DNA of 33,023 bases from Gammaproteobacteria bacterium (GCA_026998145.1 JALTRC010000136.1:1-33023), one strand, 5' to 3'. Shown: positions 1 through 9,784, counted from the stretch's first letter. Made by a program: numbers and translations. The notes: generated from the sequence alone by a model not told the origin.

Positions 1-1111
1 CCAGATACATCATGGGTCTGATCACAATATCATCCCCTTCAGCCACTGGCCGCTTCTGTATTTTATGCATACCTAAAATACCGCTTTGGGGGGGATTTAA
101 AATGGGCGTGGAAAGCAGCGAGCCAAACACGCCGCCATTGGACAGGGTAAAGGTGCCGCCCTGCAATTCCTCAATACTTAAACTGTTATCACGGGCCTTT
201 TGTGCATAATCAATAATCGCCTGCTCGATCTGCGCCAGACTCAGCTGATCCGCATTGCGAATCACCGGCACTACCAGACCCCGTGGTGATGACACGGCGA
301 CACCAATATCGAAATAACCGTGATAGACAATATCATTACCATCAATGGATGCATTGACCGCCGGGAACTGTTTTAATGCTTCTATGGTTGCCTTAATAAA
401 AAACGACATAAAGCCCAGCTTCACATCATAGCGTTTTTCAAAAGCCTCTTTATATTTTGTACGCAGATCCATAACCGGCTGCATATTCACTTCATTGAAA
501 GTGGTGAGTATGGCCGCATTATGCTGGGCCTCCAGCAGACGCTCCGCCACCCTTGCCCGCAGGCGTGTCATGGGCACACGTTTTTCAACGCGCCCGGACG
601 GGTCATCGGCCAGGGGCGCGGCTTCTTTTTCAGCTGATGTTTTTTGCTGTGGTTTTTCTGCAGCTGTTTGAGCATTTAAATAGCGCAGCACATCTTCTTT
701 TAAAATGCGTCCGCCACTGCCGCTGCCCTGAATATTTTTTGAATCCAGCTGATGTTCAGCGATCAGTTTTTTGGCCGATGGTGTAATCACGGTTTCAACG
801 GCCGTCTTTTCTTCGACTTCCATATCGGCTGGTTTTTTCTCCACCACATTATGGGATAGCGCCGCTTTTTCATCGGCCTCTTTAAGCACAGCCAGTAACT
901 GACCGGCAACAACAACCGATCCCTGAGGCTCCACAATTTCTGCCAGCACCCCGTCCCGCGGCGCAGGCACATCCAGCACCACCTTATCGGTTTCTATATC
1001 CACCAGCACTTCGTCACGTTTTACAAAGTCACCAACTTTTTTATGCCAGCTGAGAACCTCCGCATCTGCAATAGACTCAGGCAATTCGGGAACTTTAACT
1101 TCGATGCTCAT
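1..1111 (-). CDS. sucB: Dihydrolipoamide succinyltransferase, E2 component of 2-oxoglutarate dehydrogenase (N-terminal part; C-terminus lies beyond the window start)
   Basis: Absent from the ORF track because it has no stop in the window. Reverse-complement translation from ATG 1111..1109 gives MSIEVKVPELPESIADAEVLSWHKKVGDFVKRDEVLVDIETDKVVLDVPAP (lipoyl domain with ETDKV lipoyl-lysine motif). It continues with an E3-binding-like segment (PSAKKLIAEHQLD..GSGSGGRILKEDV) and the start of the acyltransferase catalytic domain (RVPMTRLRARVAERLLEAQ..TTFNEVNM..GGTFTLSNGGVFGSL). It lies 68 nt downstream of sucA on the same strand. Confidence 0.92.
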   Translation of the reverse strand, partial: MSIEVKVPELPESIADAEVLSWHKKVGDFVKRDEVLVDIETDKVVLDVPAPRDGVLAEIVEPQGSVVVAGQLLAVLKEADEKAALSHNVVEKKPADMEVEEKTAVETVITPSAKKLIAEHQLDSKNIQGSGSGGRILKEDVLRYLNAQTAAEKPQQKTSAEKEAAPLADDPSGRVEKRVPMTRLRARVAERLLEAQHNAAILTTFNEVNMQPVMDLRTKYKEAFEKRYDVKLGFMSFFIKATIEALKQFPAVNASIDGNDIVYHGYFDIGVAVSSPRGLVVPVIRNADQLSLAQIEQAIIDYAQKARDNSLSIEELQGGTFTLSNGGVFGSLLSTPILNPPQSGILGMHKIQKRPVAEGDDIVIRPMMYL

Positions 1112-1179
1112 AATGCTTTCCTGTTGTTTTAGGCAACTCTGATTAATTCTGGATAAAACAGTTTGCGTTCATAAATGGA

Positions 1180-4029
<2,850 letters not shown>

Positions 4030-4141
4030 ATATTTATATGATCCGCTTTGGCATTTTTTATAAAAGATTTATTAGGGTTTTATAGCCTATTATTTGCGGC
4101 AATAATAGCTGCTTTGTGTAAAAAGCATTTTTCCGCGAATA

Positions 4142-4160
4142 AACGCAAATGAACGCAAAT
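4142..4160. promoter_or_regulatory. Direct repeat AACGCAAAT x2 (10-nt period) in the sucA upstream region; candidate regulator binding site
   Basis: AACGCAAAT at 4142..4150 and again at 4152..4160, about 115-130 nt upstream of the sucA start on the minus strand. No regulator can be assigned from sequence alone. Confidence 0.2.
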
Positions 4161-4207
4161 ACTTTCTACATATGAAAATATGGCGGCTTTTTTTGCACAC
4201 ATTATTT

Positions 4208-4618
4208 TCAGGCTTTCCTGATCAGGCGATGTATTTCATCATGATGTTGATTCAGTAATATCTCAAGGGGCAGAAAAAGCGGCCGGGGCAATTGCTTAAT
4301 ATCAAACCATTGCCAGTCAGGGTGAGTGATATTTTGCTGCTGACAGTCGGCACTCAGATACAGGCTGAGCGTATGCTGAGATTCGAACGTAAAAAGATTA
4401 TTGGTATAAAAGCCGCAGTTTTCCAATGTAAGATCCAGCCCGAGCCGCTGCCGCAAAATACGTTCTCCTGCCTGCTGTGGTGTTTCATTAAAATGTAAAA
4501 AACCGCCGGGACATTGCCAGCTATTTTGTTGCGGGGGTTTTGGCCGCCTGCCTAGCAGCAACTTTCCCTGCCGGAATAATAAGCAGGCAACGCCAACGGC
4601 AGGTGCCGGCTCTGTCAT
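4208..4618 (-). CDS. Nudix-fold protein with a degenerate Nudix box (probably not a canonical hydrolase)
   Basis: 136 aa. GGFLHFNETPQQAGERILRQRLGL aligns by eye with the MutT Nudix box GGKIEMGETPEQAVVRELQEEVGI, but the REUxEE glutamates read R-I-L-R-Q-R. The start overlaps the upstream Nudix gene stop by 4 nt (ATGA at 4615..4618). Confidence 0.75.
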   Translation of the reverse strand: MTEPAPAVGVACLLFRQGKLLLGRRPKPPQQNSWQCPGGFLHFNETPQQAGERILRQRLGLDLTLENCGFYTNNLFTFESQHTLSLYLSADCQQQNITHPDWQWFDIKQLPRPLFLPLEILLNQHHDEIHRLIRKA

Positions 4619-5172
4619 AACCCGTATTTTTGTCTGTTTAATGCCAGCAGCAATAATCCGGACACGCTAATGGCATCGGTAATCTCGCCGTTTTGTGCCA
4701 TGCTAACCGCCTCATCCAGAGGCAGTTTTTTTACCTGCAAATCCAGCTCACTGTCTTCCAGCATTTGTTTGCCCGCCGTTAAATTCTGCGCCAGAAACAC
4801 ATAGCCTTCTTCATCGGTAATGGAATTTGAAGTGTGTAAGCGCTGAATCTGCTGCATGCGCCCGGCCAGCAAACCGGTTTCCTCCTGTAACTCACGGTGG
4901 GCAGTTTGCATGACATCCTCATCCAGTGGTGAGCCGCCCATGGGGATTTCCCAGCTCCAGGCATTTAAAGTGTAACGATGCTGACCCACCAGATAGGTGC
5001 AGCCTTCATTATCCACGGGAATAATGCCCACTGCCCGGGATTTAAAACAGACCTTGCCGTACACCGCCGGCTTGCCTGCCGGGTTCAGCACCTGATGCTC
5101 TTCCAGACGAATCCAGGGATTTTGGTAAATATCTCTGCTGCTGAGAGTTTTCCATGCCGGGGCTTTGCTCAT
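4615..5172 (-). CDS. Nudix hydrolase (ADP-ribose / nucleoside-diphosphate-sugar pyrophosphatase-like)
   Basis: 185 aa with a canonical Nudix box GGSPLDEDVMQTAHRELQEETGL (Gx5Ex7REUxEExGU). Size and N-terminal beta region resemble NudF/NudK-type enzymes. There are 4-nt ATGA overlaps with both neighbouring genes. Confidence 0.85.
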   Translation of the reverse strand: MSKAPAWKTLSSRDIYQNPWIRLEEHQVLNPAGKPAVYGKVCFKSRAVGIIPVDNEGCTYLVGQHRYTLNAWSWEIPMGGSPLDEDVMQTAHRELQEETGLLAGRMQQIQRLHTSNSITDEEGYVFLAQNLTAGKQMLEDSELDLQVKKLPLDEAVSMAQNGEITDAISVSGLLLLALNRQKYGL

Positions 5173-5486
5173 TCCTCTTCAGCTGGCTCCAGACCATGTT
5201 TATGGGTTTCATTAATGCGAATCAACAGCTGGCGAAACGGCAATGACTGTTCATCATGCTGTTTTACATGGCTCATATACTTTAAATCGCCGGTATTCCA
5301 GCAATAATCACCTGAGGCCATTTCCTGATACATTTTCTGCAATTCTTCAGCAATCTCATCCGTGTAATCCAGAGCGCTGGCCATGCCTTCACCATCATAT
5401 TCAATCGCCGCTTTCATATCTTCCAGCTCATAAATGGCATCTTTTATCAGTGCCACATATTCTTCTACACTTCTTGCTCGTTTCAT
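5169..5486 (-). CDS. Hypothetical small acidic protein, first gene of the Nudix operon
   Basis: 105 aa ORF with no recognisable motif. It is translationally coupled (ATGA at 5169..5172) to the downstream Nudix gene. The opposite-strand ORFs here are shorter and low-complexity. Confidence 0.65.
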   Translation of the reverse strand: MKRARSVEEYVALIKDAIYELEDMKAAIEYDGEGMASALDYTDEIAEELQKMYQEMASGDYCWNTGDLKYMSHVKQHDEQSLPFRQLLIRINETHKHGLEPAEEE

Positions 5487-5560
5487 GGGACTCCTGAAAA
5501 GTTTTTAAAATAAAGGCCTTATTTTACTCTGCCAGCCGGCAACGAAAAGGGCCAGGGGGA

Positions 5561-6010
5561 TTATTTTTTGCGTCGCCGTTTGGGGCGCGCCCTGTAGGCC
5601 ATTACCGACTGCATGATCTCATTATAGGGCAGCCCATCCACACAACCGTAAATATCCACCACCTGTGAAACCACATCGGCAATATCAATATCCTGCTGTT
5701 CATCCAGCTGCAGCAGTTTGCGCAGCCCGTTAAGGCCGCCATTTTGTACGCGGATTTCCTTATTATGGGGCAGAGGGCCATCCAGCTCATTGATTTTAAA
5801 TACAAAACGGGTTTGCCGGCGCAAATGATCCAGCAGCTGGCTGCATTTTTTCTGATGGCTTTGTGACTGACAACTGACCCCGTGACGGTCGGCGAGGCGA
5901 AACATATGCCCCTGGGAACACTGACAATGGAGGGAACACAGGGCTTTTTCGTAAACGCAGGGATACTCCCTTATCTGCTGATAAGTGGACTTATAAGCAT
6001 CCTCATCCAT
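5561..6010 (-). CDS. Hypothetical Cys-rich protein with a basic C-terminal tail
   Basis: 149 aa. Clustered cysteines (YPCVYEKALCSLHCQCSQGH..VSCQSQSHQKKCSQ) and a C-terminal RPKRRRKK. It starts 3 nt after the stop of the upstream 79-aa gene. Confidence 0.6.
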   Translation of the reverse strand: MDEDAYKSTYQQIREYPCVYEKALCSLHCQCSQGHMFRLADRHGVSCQSQSHQKKCSQLLDHLRRQTRFVFKINELDGPLPHNKEIRVQNGGLNGLRKLLQLDEQQDIDIADVVSQVVDIYGCVDGLPYNEIMQSVMAYRARPKRRRKK

Positions 6011-6013
6011 GGC

Positions 6014-6253
6014 TTACTTTTCATGTTCCATCACAATGGGTTTTTCTCTGGCTTCCATGAGCATTTCTTCCGCCATCAGCTGGTTATCCGCCAGGGTCAT
6101 TTTAATGGTAATGTCGCTATCTTCACCCAGGGCGGCACGCTGCTCACGGGCGAATTTTTTGGCATCCTTGAACTTTTCATATTCACCGATCAGTTCAAGC
6201 TGCTTCAATATAGCCAGCTCGGCATTCTGCATTTTAAAAACATAGTAGGGCAT
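6014..6253 (-). CDS. Hypothetical small protein (79 aa)
   Basis: ORF MPYYVFKMQNAELAILKQLELIGEYEKFKDAKKFAREQRA.. with a GAGAG Shine-Dalgarno-like stretch upstream. It is tightly linked to the 149-aa gene. The overlapping plus-strand ORFs look like low-complexity antisense artefacts. Confidence 0.55.
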   Translation of the reverse strand: MPYYVFKMQNAELAILKQLELIGEYEKFKDAKKFAREQRAALGEDSDITIKMTLADNQLMAEEMLMEAREKPIVMEHEK

Positions 6254-6398
6254 AGTTCGCTCTCTGTTATAAACCTGAGTAAATTGGTCGGGTATTTTAG
6301 CAAAATCCCATCCACAGGTAAAACCGCATCTGCCAGAGGGATTATTTGAAGCATTTTTAGCGTATAATTTGAGCGATTATTTTACACAGGTACTGAGC

Positions 6399-6680
6399 AT
6401 GAACCCTGAAGCAGAAAAAGAACTTAAAGTCCTCGGCGTGCTGCGCCAGGTTATTTCCGGCGTAGTACGGGAGCTGACCCCCGAGCCGGGCATGCGCCAT
6501 CCCTTAAGCGACAAGATGATCGAGGATATTCGCCAGAGCTTTATTCTGATTGCTTCACGGGAAAAAGAAATCAATGAAGCCGCCGGTACCCCCAGTACCC
6601 GCCGCCCCCAGTTTGCGGATGACCCTAAGGCCGCCAAGGTGGTACAGTTTCATGGCCTGAAAAAAGACGAGGATAAATAA
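6399..6680 (+). CDS. Hypothetical protein (93 aa from ATG; the ORF track extends it to TTG 6369)
   Basis: ORF MNPEAEKELKVLGVLRQVISGVVRELTPEPGMRHPLSDKMIEDIRQSF.. A perfect TATAAT at 6363..6368 abuts the TTG at 6369, which argues for the ATG at 6399 as the start. It is divergent from the 6253 operon. Confidence 0.55.
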   Translation: MNPEAEKELKVLGVLRQVISGVVRELTPEPGMRHPLSDKMIEDIRQSFILIASREKEINEAAGTPSTRRPQFADDPKAAKVVQFHGLKKDEDK

Positions 6681-6698
6681 GCCTTCCTTTGGCACTAA

Positions 6699-6877
6699 GG
6701 GCGCGAAGATTATTTTTGATACAGAGGCACAGAGCTTTTGAAAAAAGGCCTCATAACCATTTACCCTGGCAAAATTTAACTCAACCCCGATTGCACTTTG
6801 TATATTACGTTTATCCTGCCACCTTTATCATCTCCGAGCCTCTGTATCAAAGAAACACCAACAAAAACCTTCGCGTC
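6699..6877. repeat. About 180-bp inverted-repeat (MITE-like) element with a CAGAGG core
   Basis: The left arm GGCGCGAAGATTATTTTTGATACAGAGGCACAGAGC (6699..6735) pairs with the right arm TCTCCGAGCCTCTGTATCAAAG..AACCTTCGCGTC (6831..6877). GATACAGAGGC/GCCTCTGTATC is a perfect 11-bp inverted match. It lies between the 6680 stop and the EAL-HDOD start at 6966. Confidence 0.6.
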
Positions 6878-6965
6878 AACCCCCCGCAATATTTACATCC
6901 CCCTGCTATTTTTCTGAAAATCATCTAGTCTTAGGCATTATCAAACAGGCAACAGGGCTTGATAA

Positions 6966-8171
6966 ATGTCAGAAATTTTTGTTGGCCGGCAACCCATTTA
7001 TAATCGCAATCTGGGTATCTACGGCTATGAACTGTTATTTCGGGGCAGTAGTGAAAACAGCGCTGCCATGGGAAATCTGTCTCAGGACGGCGCCACATCC
7101 ACCACCATTATTAACAGCTTTATTGAAATCGGCCTGGAAAAACTGGTGGGCAAATCCTATGCCTTTTTGAACTTAACTGAGAACTTTCTCACTGATGAAG
7201 ACGCCCTGCCTATTCAACCAGACCAGGTAGTACTGGAGGTACTGGAAGATATTCCGGTCACCCTGCCCGTATTAAAAGCGGTAAAACGCCATAAGGAAAA
7301 CGGCTTTATCGTGGCGCTAGATGATTTTTTATATAACCCTTCCCACAAACCCATTGTGCCGCTGGTGGATATTATCAAAATCGATATTCAGCAACTGGAT
7401 CGTAAAGGCCTGCTTAAACACATTAAAATCCTGAAAAAATTCAGCGCGAAATTACTCGCCGAAAAAGTCGAAACACTGGAAGAGTATGAGTTTTGCATGT
7501 CCCTGGGCTTTGAGTATTTTCAGGGATATTTCCTCAGCCGGCCTCGCATACTCAAAGCCCGGAGCCTGCCCACCAACCGTCTGGCCATTATGAATCTGCT
7601 GGCTGTGCTGCAAAACCCGGATACGGAAACCGATGAAATAGAAGAAGCCATCAGCTTTGATATTTCCATTAGCTATAAAATTCTAAAACTGATTAACTCG
7701 GCCTTTTTTGGCATTGGCCGGGAAATCGATTCCATCCGTCAGGCGATTATTATTTTAGGCCGCAAGCAATTACGCAGCTGGGCCTCCATGATGGCCATGG
7801 CCAGTCTGGATGATCGCCCCTCGGAAATGATCCATATTGCCATGACCCGCGCCAAAATGTGCGAGCTGCTGGCTGAAAAAGCCACCATCCCCAATGCTGA
7901 TAGCTACTTTACCGTGGGCCTGTTTTCAGCGCTGGATATTTTAATGGAAAAGCCATTAGCCGAACTCATCCAGCCCCTGCCCTTAAACCATGACATTGTG
8001 GCCGCATTATTAAAGCGGGAAGGCTCTATGGGTGAAGCCTTAAATTGCGCACTGGCATTTGAGCTGGCTGATTTTGATAAGGCTGTCTTTAAAACACTGG
8101 AAAGAGAGGATATTTCGGTGGCCAATATTGAGGCGGTTAGCTGGGCGAATATGGTGATTGAGAGTATTTAA
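6966..8171 (+). CDS. EAL domain plus HDOD domain signalling protein (YuxH/COG3434-like, c-di-GMP related)
   Basis: 401 aa. EAL-domain landmarks seen by eye: QPIYN..YGYELLFR, FLNLT, VLEVLED, ALDDF, IKIDI, LAEKVET, FQGYFLSRP. The C-terminal half has the HDOD-like pattern (ISYKILKLINSAFFG..IDSIRQAIIILG). Confidence 0.88.
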   Translation: MSEIFVGRQPIYNRNLGIYGYELLFRGSSENSAAMGNLSQDGATSTTIINSFIEIGLEKLVGKSYAFLNLTENFLTDEDALPIQPDQVVLEVLEDIPVTLPVLKAVKRHKENGFIVALDDFLYNPSHKPIVPLVDIIKIDIQQLDRKGLLKHIKILKKFSAKLLAEKVETLEEYEFCMSLGFEYFQGYFLSRPRILKARSLPTNRLAIMNLLAVLQNPDTETDEIEEAISFDISISYKILKLINSAFFGIGREIDSIRQAIIILGRKQLRSWASMMAMASLDDRPSEMIHIAMTRAKMCELLAEKATIPNADSYFTVGLFSALDILMEKPLAELIQPLPLNHDIVAALLKREGSMGEALNCALAFELADFDKAVFKTLEREDISVANIEAVSWANMVIESI

Positions 8172-8180
8172 AAGATATTA

Positions 8181-8289
8181 ACCACAGGGGACACGGAGGT
8201 TCACAGAGGAAAAGCCTGTTTTGTGTGGATTACGTAGTGAATCACCCAGCCACAAAAAAACCTCTGTGTTTCCCTGTGTCCCCTGTGGT
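8181..8289. repeat. Hairpin MITE/REP-like element, ACCACAGAGGACAC family, array copy 1
   Basis: Termini are ACCACAGGGGACAC..GTGTCCCCTGTGGT with an internal second stem (CACAGAG/CTCTGTG). It begins 9 nt after the EAL-HDOD stop codon. Confidence 0.7.
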
Positions 8290-8392
8290 AAAAGCTTTAT
8301 TAAAACGGGAAGCCCCTTAGGCAGGGCACTGAATTGCTTACTGGAATTTTAGCTGGGCGAATATGGTGATTGAGAGTATTTAAAAGAAATTA

Positions 8393-8500
8393 ACCACAGA
8401 GGACACGGAGGTTCACAGAGGAAAAGCCTGTTTTGTGTGGATTACGTAGTGGATCACCCAGCCACAAAAAAACTCTGTGCTCCCCTGTGTCCTCTGTGGT
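8393..8500. repeat. Hairpin MITE/REP-like element, ACCACAGAGGACAC family, array copy 2
   Basis: 108 nt. There is a perfect 14-bp terminal inverted repeat ACCACAGAGGACAC/GTGTCCTCTGTGGT and a 7-bp inner stem CACAGAG/CTCTGTG. A further TTTTGTGTGG/CCACAAAAAA stem surrounds a loop containing TACGTA. Confidence 0.75.
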
Positions 8501-8603
8501 AAAAGCTTTATTAAAACGGGAAGTCCCTTAGGCAGGGCACTGAATTGCTTACTGGAATTTTAGCTGGGCGAATATGGTGATTGAGAGTATTTAAAAGAAA
8601 TTA

Positions 8604-8709
8604 ACCACAGAGTACACGGAGATCACAGAGGAAAAGCCTGTTTTGTGTGGATTACGTAGTGGATCACCCAGCCACAAAAAACTCTGTGTTCCCCTGTGTC
8701 CTCTGTGGT
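8604..8709. repeat. Hairpin MITE/REP-like element, ACCACAGAGGACAC family, array copy 3
   Basis: Same element with small differences: ACCACAGAGTACACGGAGATCACAGAGG, and an A-tract one nt shorter. Confidence 0.7.
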
Positions 8710-8730
8710 AAAAGCTTTTATCCGCTTTTA

Positions 8731-9441
8731 TTAATTAACCGGCAACTGACTACGCAACTCTTCCCGATTAAACCACCAGTTAGACTCATCACCCACAATC
8801 ACATCCAGTACCTTGGCCATGCGGGGCAAAAAGATCTGCGGATCGTTCAGCTCCATTTTTTCCAGCCAGAAATCCAGCTTTTCCTGTGAGTCCACATTGC
8901 TGTGACGCTGCGCCACCTTGGCAATCAGATTGGTGGTTAAAAAGCTCAGGCTATCCAGCTGGTCATCTTCAGCCCGCATTCCTACCACATAATGGGCAGT
9001 GGCCGCCGCTACGGCGGCACCATCGGAATCAGCCGGGGTTTCATCAACCACATAGCTGAGCATAACAATCGAATGTTCTGCATCTACCGGATAGGTGATG
9101 GATAACCAGACACCATGGGCCAGCGCATTAATTGAGCCGGGCTGGTCTGTCTGATACAAAATATCGCAGGCTTCAATGGCATCAGCCCAGGCCTGCTGCG
9201 CGACAAACTCATCGAAGGCGGCACGGGCATCGTTCCAGGCAGCTTCATTCTGCTCCAGCCCCAGCAGGGCATTGGCTTTTTTAAGCTGCAAACGGGCACG
9301 CTCCAGGCTATCCCCGTCAGCCGGAAAATTATTCAGATTCTCTTCCGCTTTTTCCAGCTCAGCCTGTAAAAACGCGCGAGCTTCAGCTTCATCGGACACT
9401 TCCAGGGTGGCCTGGGTGGGTACTAATTTACTATCAGACAT
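8731..9441 (-). CDS. Hypothetical acidic protein (236 aa)
   Basis: Long ORF with ordinary amino-acid composition and no recognisable motif. The antisense ORF 9176..9475 is Ser/Ala-rich and low-complexity, so it is probably spurious. Confidence 0.65.
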   Translation of the reverse strand: MSDSKLVPTQATLEVSDEAEARAFLQAELEKAEENLNNFPADGDSLERARLQLKKANALLGLEQNEAAWNDARAAFDEFVAQQAWADAIEACDILYQTDQPGSINALAHGVWLSITYPVDAEHSIVMLSYVVDETPADSDGAAVAAATAHYVVGMRAEDDQLDSLSFLTTNLIAKVAQRHSNVDSQEKLDFWLEKMELNDPQIFLPRMAKVLDVIVGDESNWWFNREELRSQLPVN

Positions 9442-9597
9442 AATTTCTACTTCCAGAATCGGCTGGCGATTGTGATTGATCGCCGCTTATTATACAACAT
9501 ACTAAATCTGTGGAATCTCCCTTTAAAGCCTGACACAGAGGCGCGGAGATAGCATTTTTAATGGCCTGGCTCATTGCAGGTAAGTTAATGGATAAGC

Positions 9598-9723
9598 CTC
9601 CCCTTTTTCAAAGGGGGAATGAGGGGGATTTAAAAACTTTCAGCTTTGTATTTTTTATCAATACAGCGTCTTAAGCTGAACGATTTCAAATCTCCCCCAG
9701 CCCCTCTTTGCTAAAGAGGGGAG
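9598..9723. repeat. About 126-bp inverted-repeat element with G-rich and C-rich hairpin arms
   Basis: Left arm: CTCCCCTTTTTCAAAGGGGGAATGAGGGGGATTTAAAA. The reverse complement of the right arm is CTCCCCTCTTTAGCAAAGAGGGGCTGGGGGAGATTTGAAA. Each arm is itself a short hairpin (CCCCTTT/AAAGGGG). It lies 61 nt downstream of the minus-strand gene ending at 9785. Confidence 0.65.
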
Positions 9724-9784
9724 CCTGGTACTATTGAATTTTATGCGTTTTTAACAGTTTAGAGACTAACAGTCTTAACAAGCC

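Larger units (their letters stand above)
8137..8718. repeat. Tandem array, 2.75 copies of a 211-212 bp unit, starting inside the last 35 nt of the EAL-HDOD gene
   Basis: AGCTGGGCGAATATGGTGATTGAGAGTATTTAA occurs at 8139, 8351 and 8562 (periods 212 and 211). The sequence between them is near identical, with a handful of substitutions or 1-2 nt indels per unit. The repeat ends at 8718, 12 nt before the stop of the convergent gene at 8731. Confidence 0.92.

Noticed and set aside
12-972. ORFs 12..209, 553..786 and 787..972
   Set aside because: They lie within the edge-truncated sucB coding region (1..1111, minus strand). sucB translates into a clean lipoyl, linker and catalytic-domain sequence. 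These are antisense or off-frame artefacts.
6689-6928. 79-aa ORF in the gap upstream of the EAL-HDOD gene, and similarly the 80-aa ORF 8647..8889
   Set aside because: Both are read-throughs of inverted-repeat elements. The first is started from a non-ATG codon, and the second runs antisense into the 236-aa gene. There is no ribosome-binding site and the composition is implausible.
8181-8289. Integron attC site or gene cassette boundary, given an imperfect inverted repeat right after a stop codon
   Set aside because: The termini do not fit the attC R''/R' cores (RYYYAAC / GTTRRRY). There is no intI gene or attI in the window. The same element occurs in a non-cassette context at 28143.
8137-8718. 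Possible CRISPR array, given regularly spaced repeats containing palindromes
   Set aside because: The period is 211-212 bp, not about 60-75 bp. The sequences between the palindromic parts are themselves identical between units, so there are no unique spacers. No cas genes or leader are nearby. It is a tandem duplication of a composite unit.
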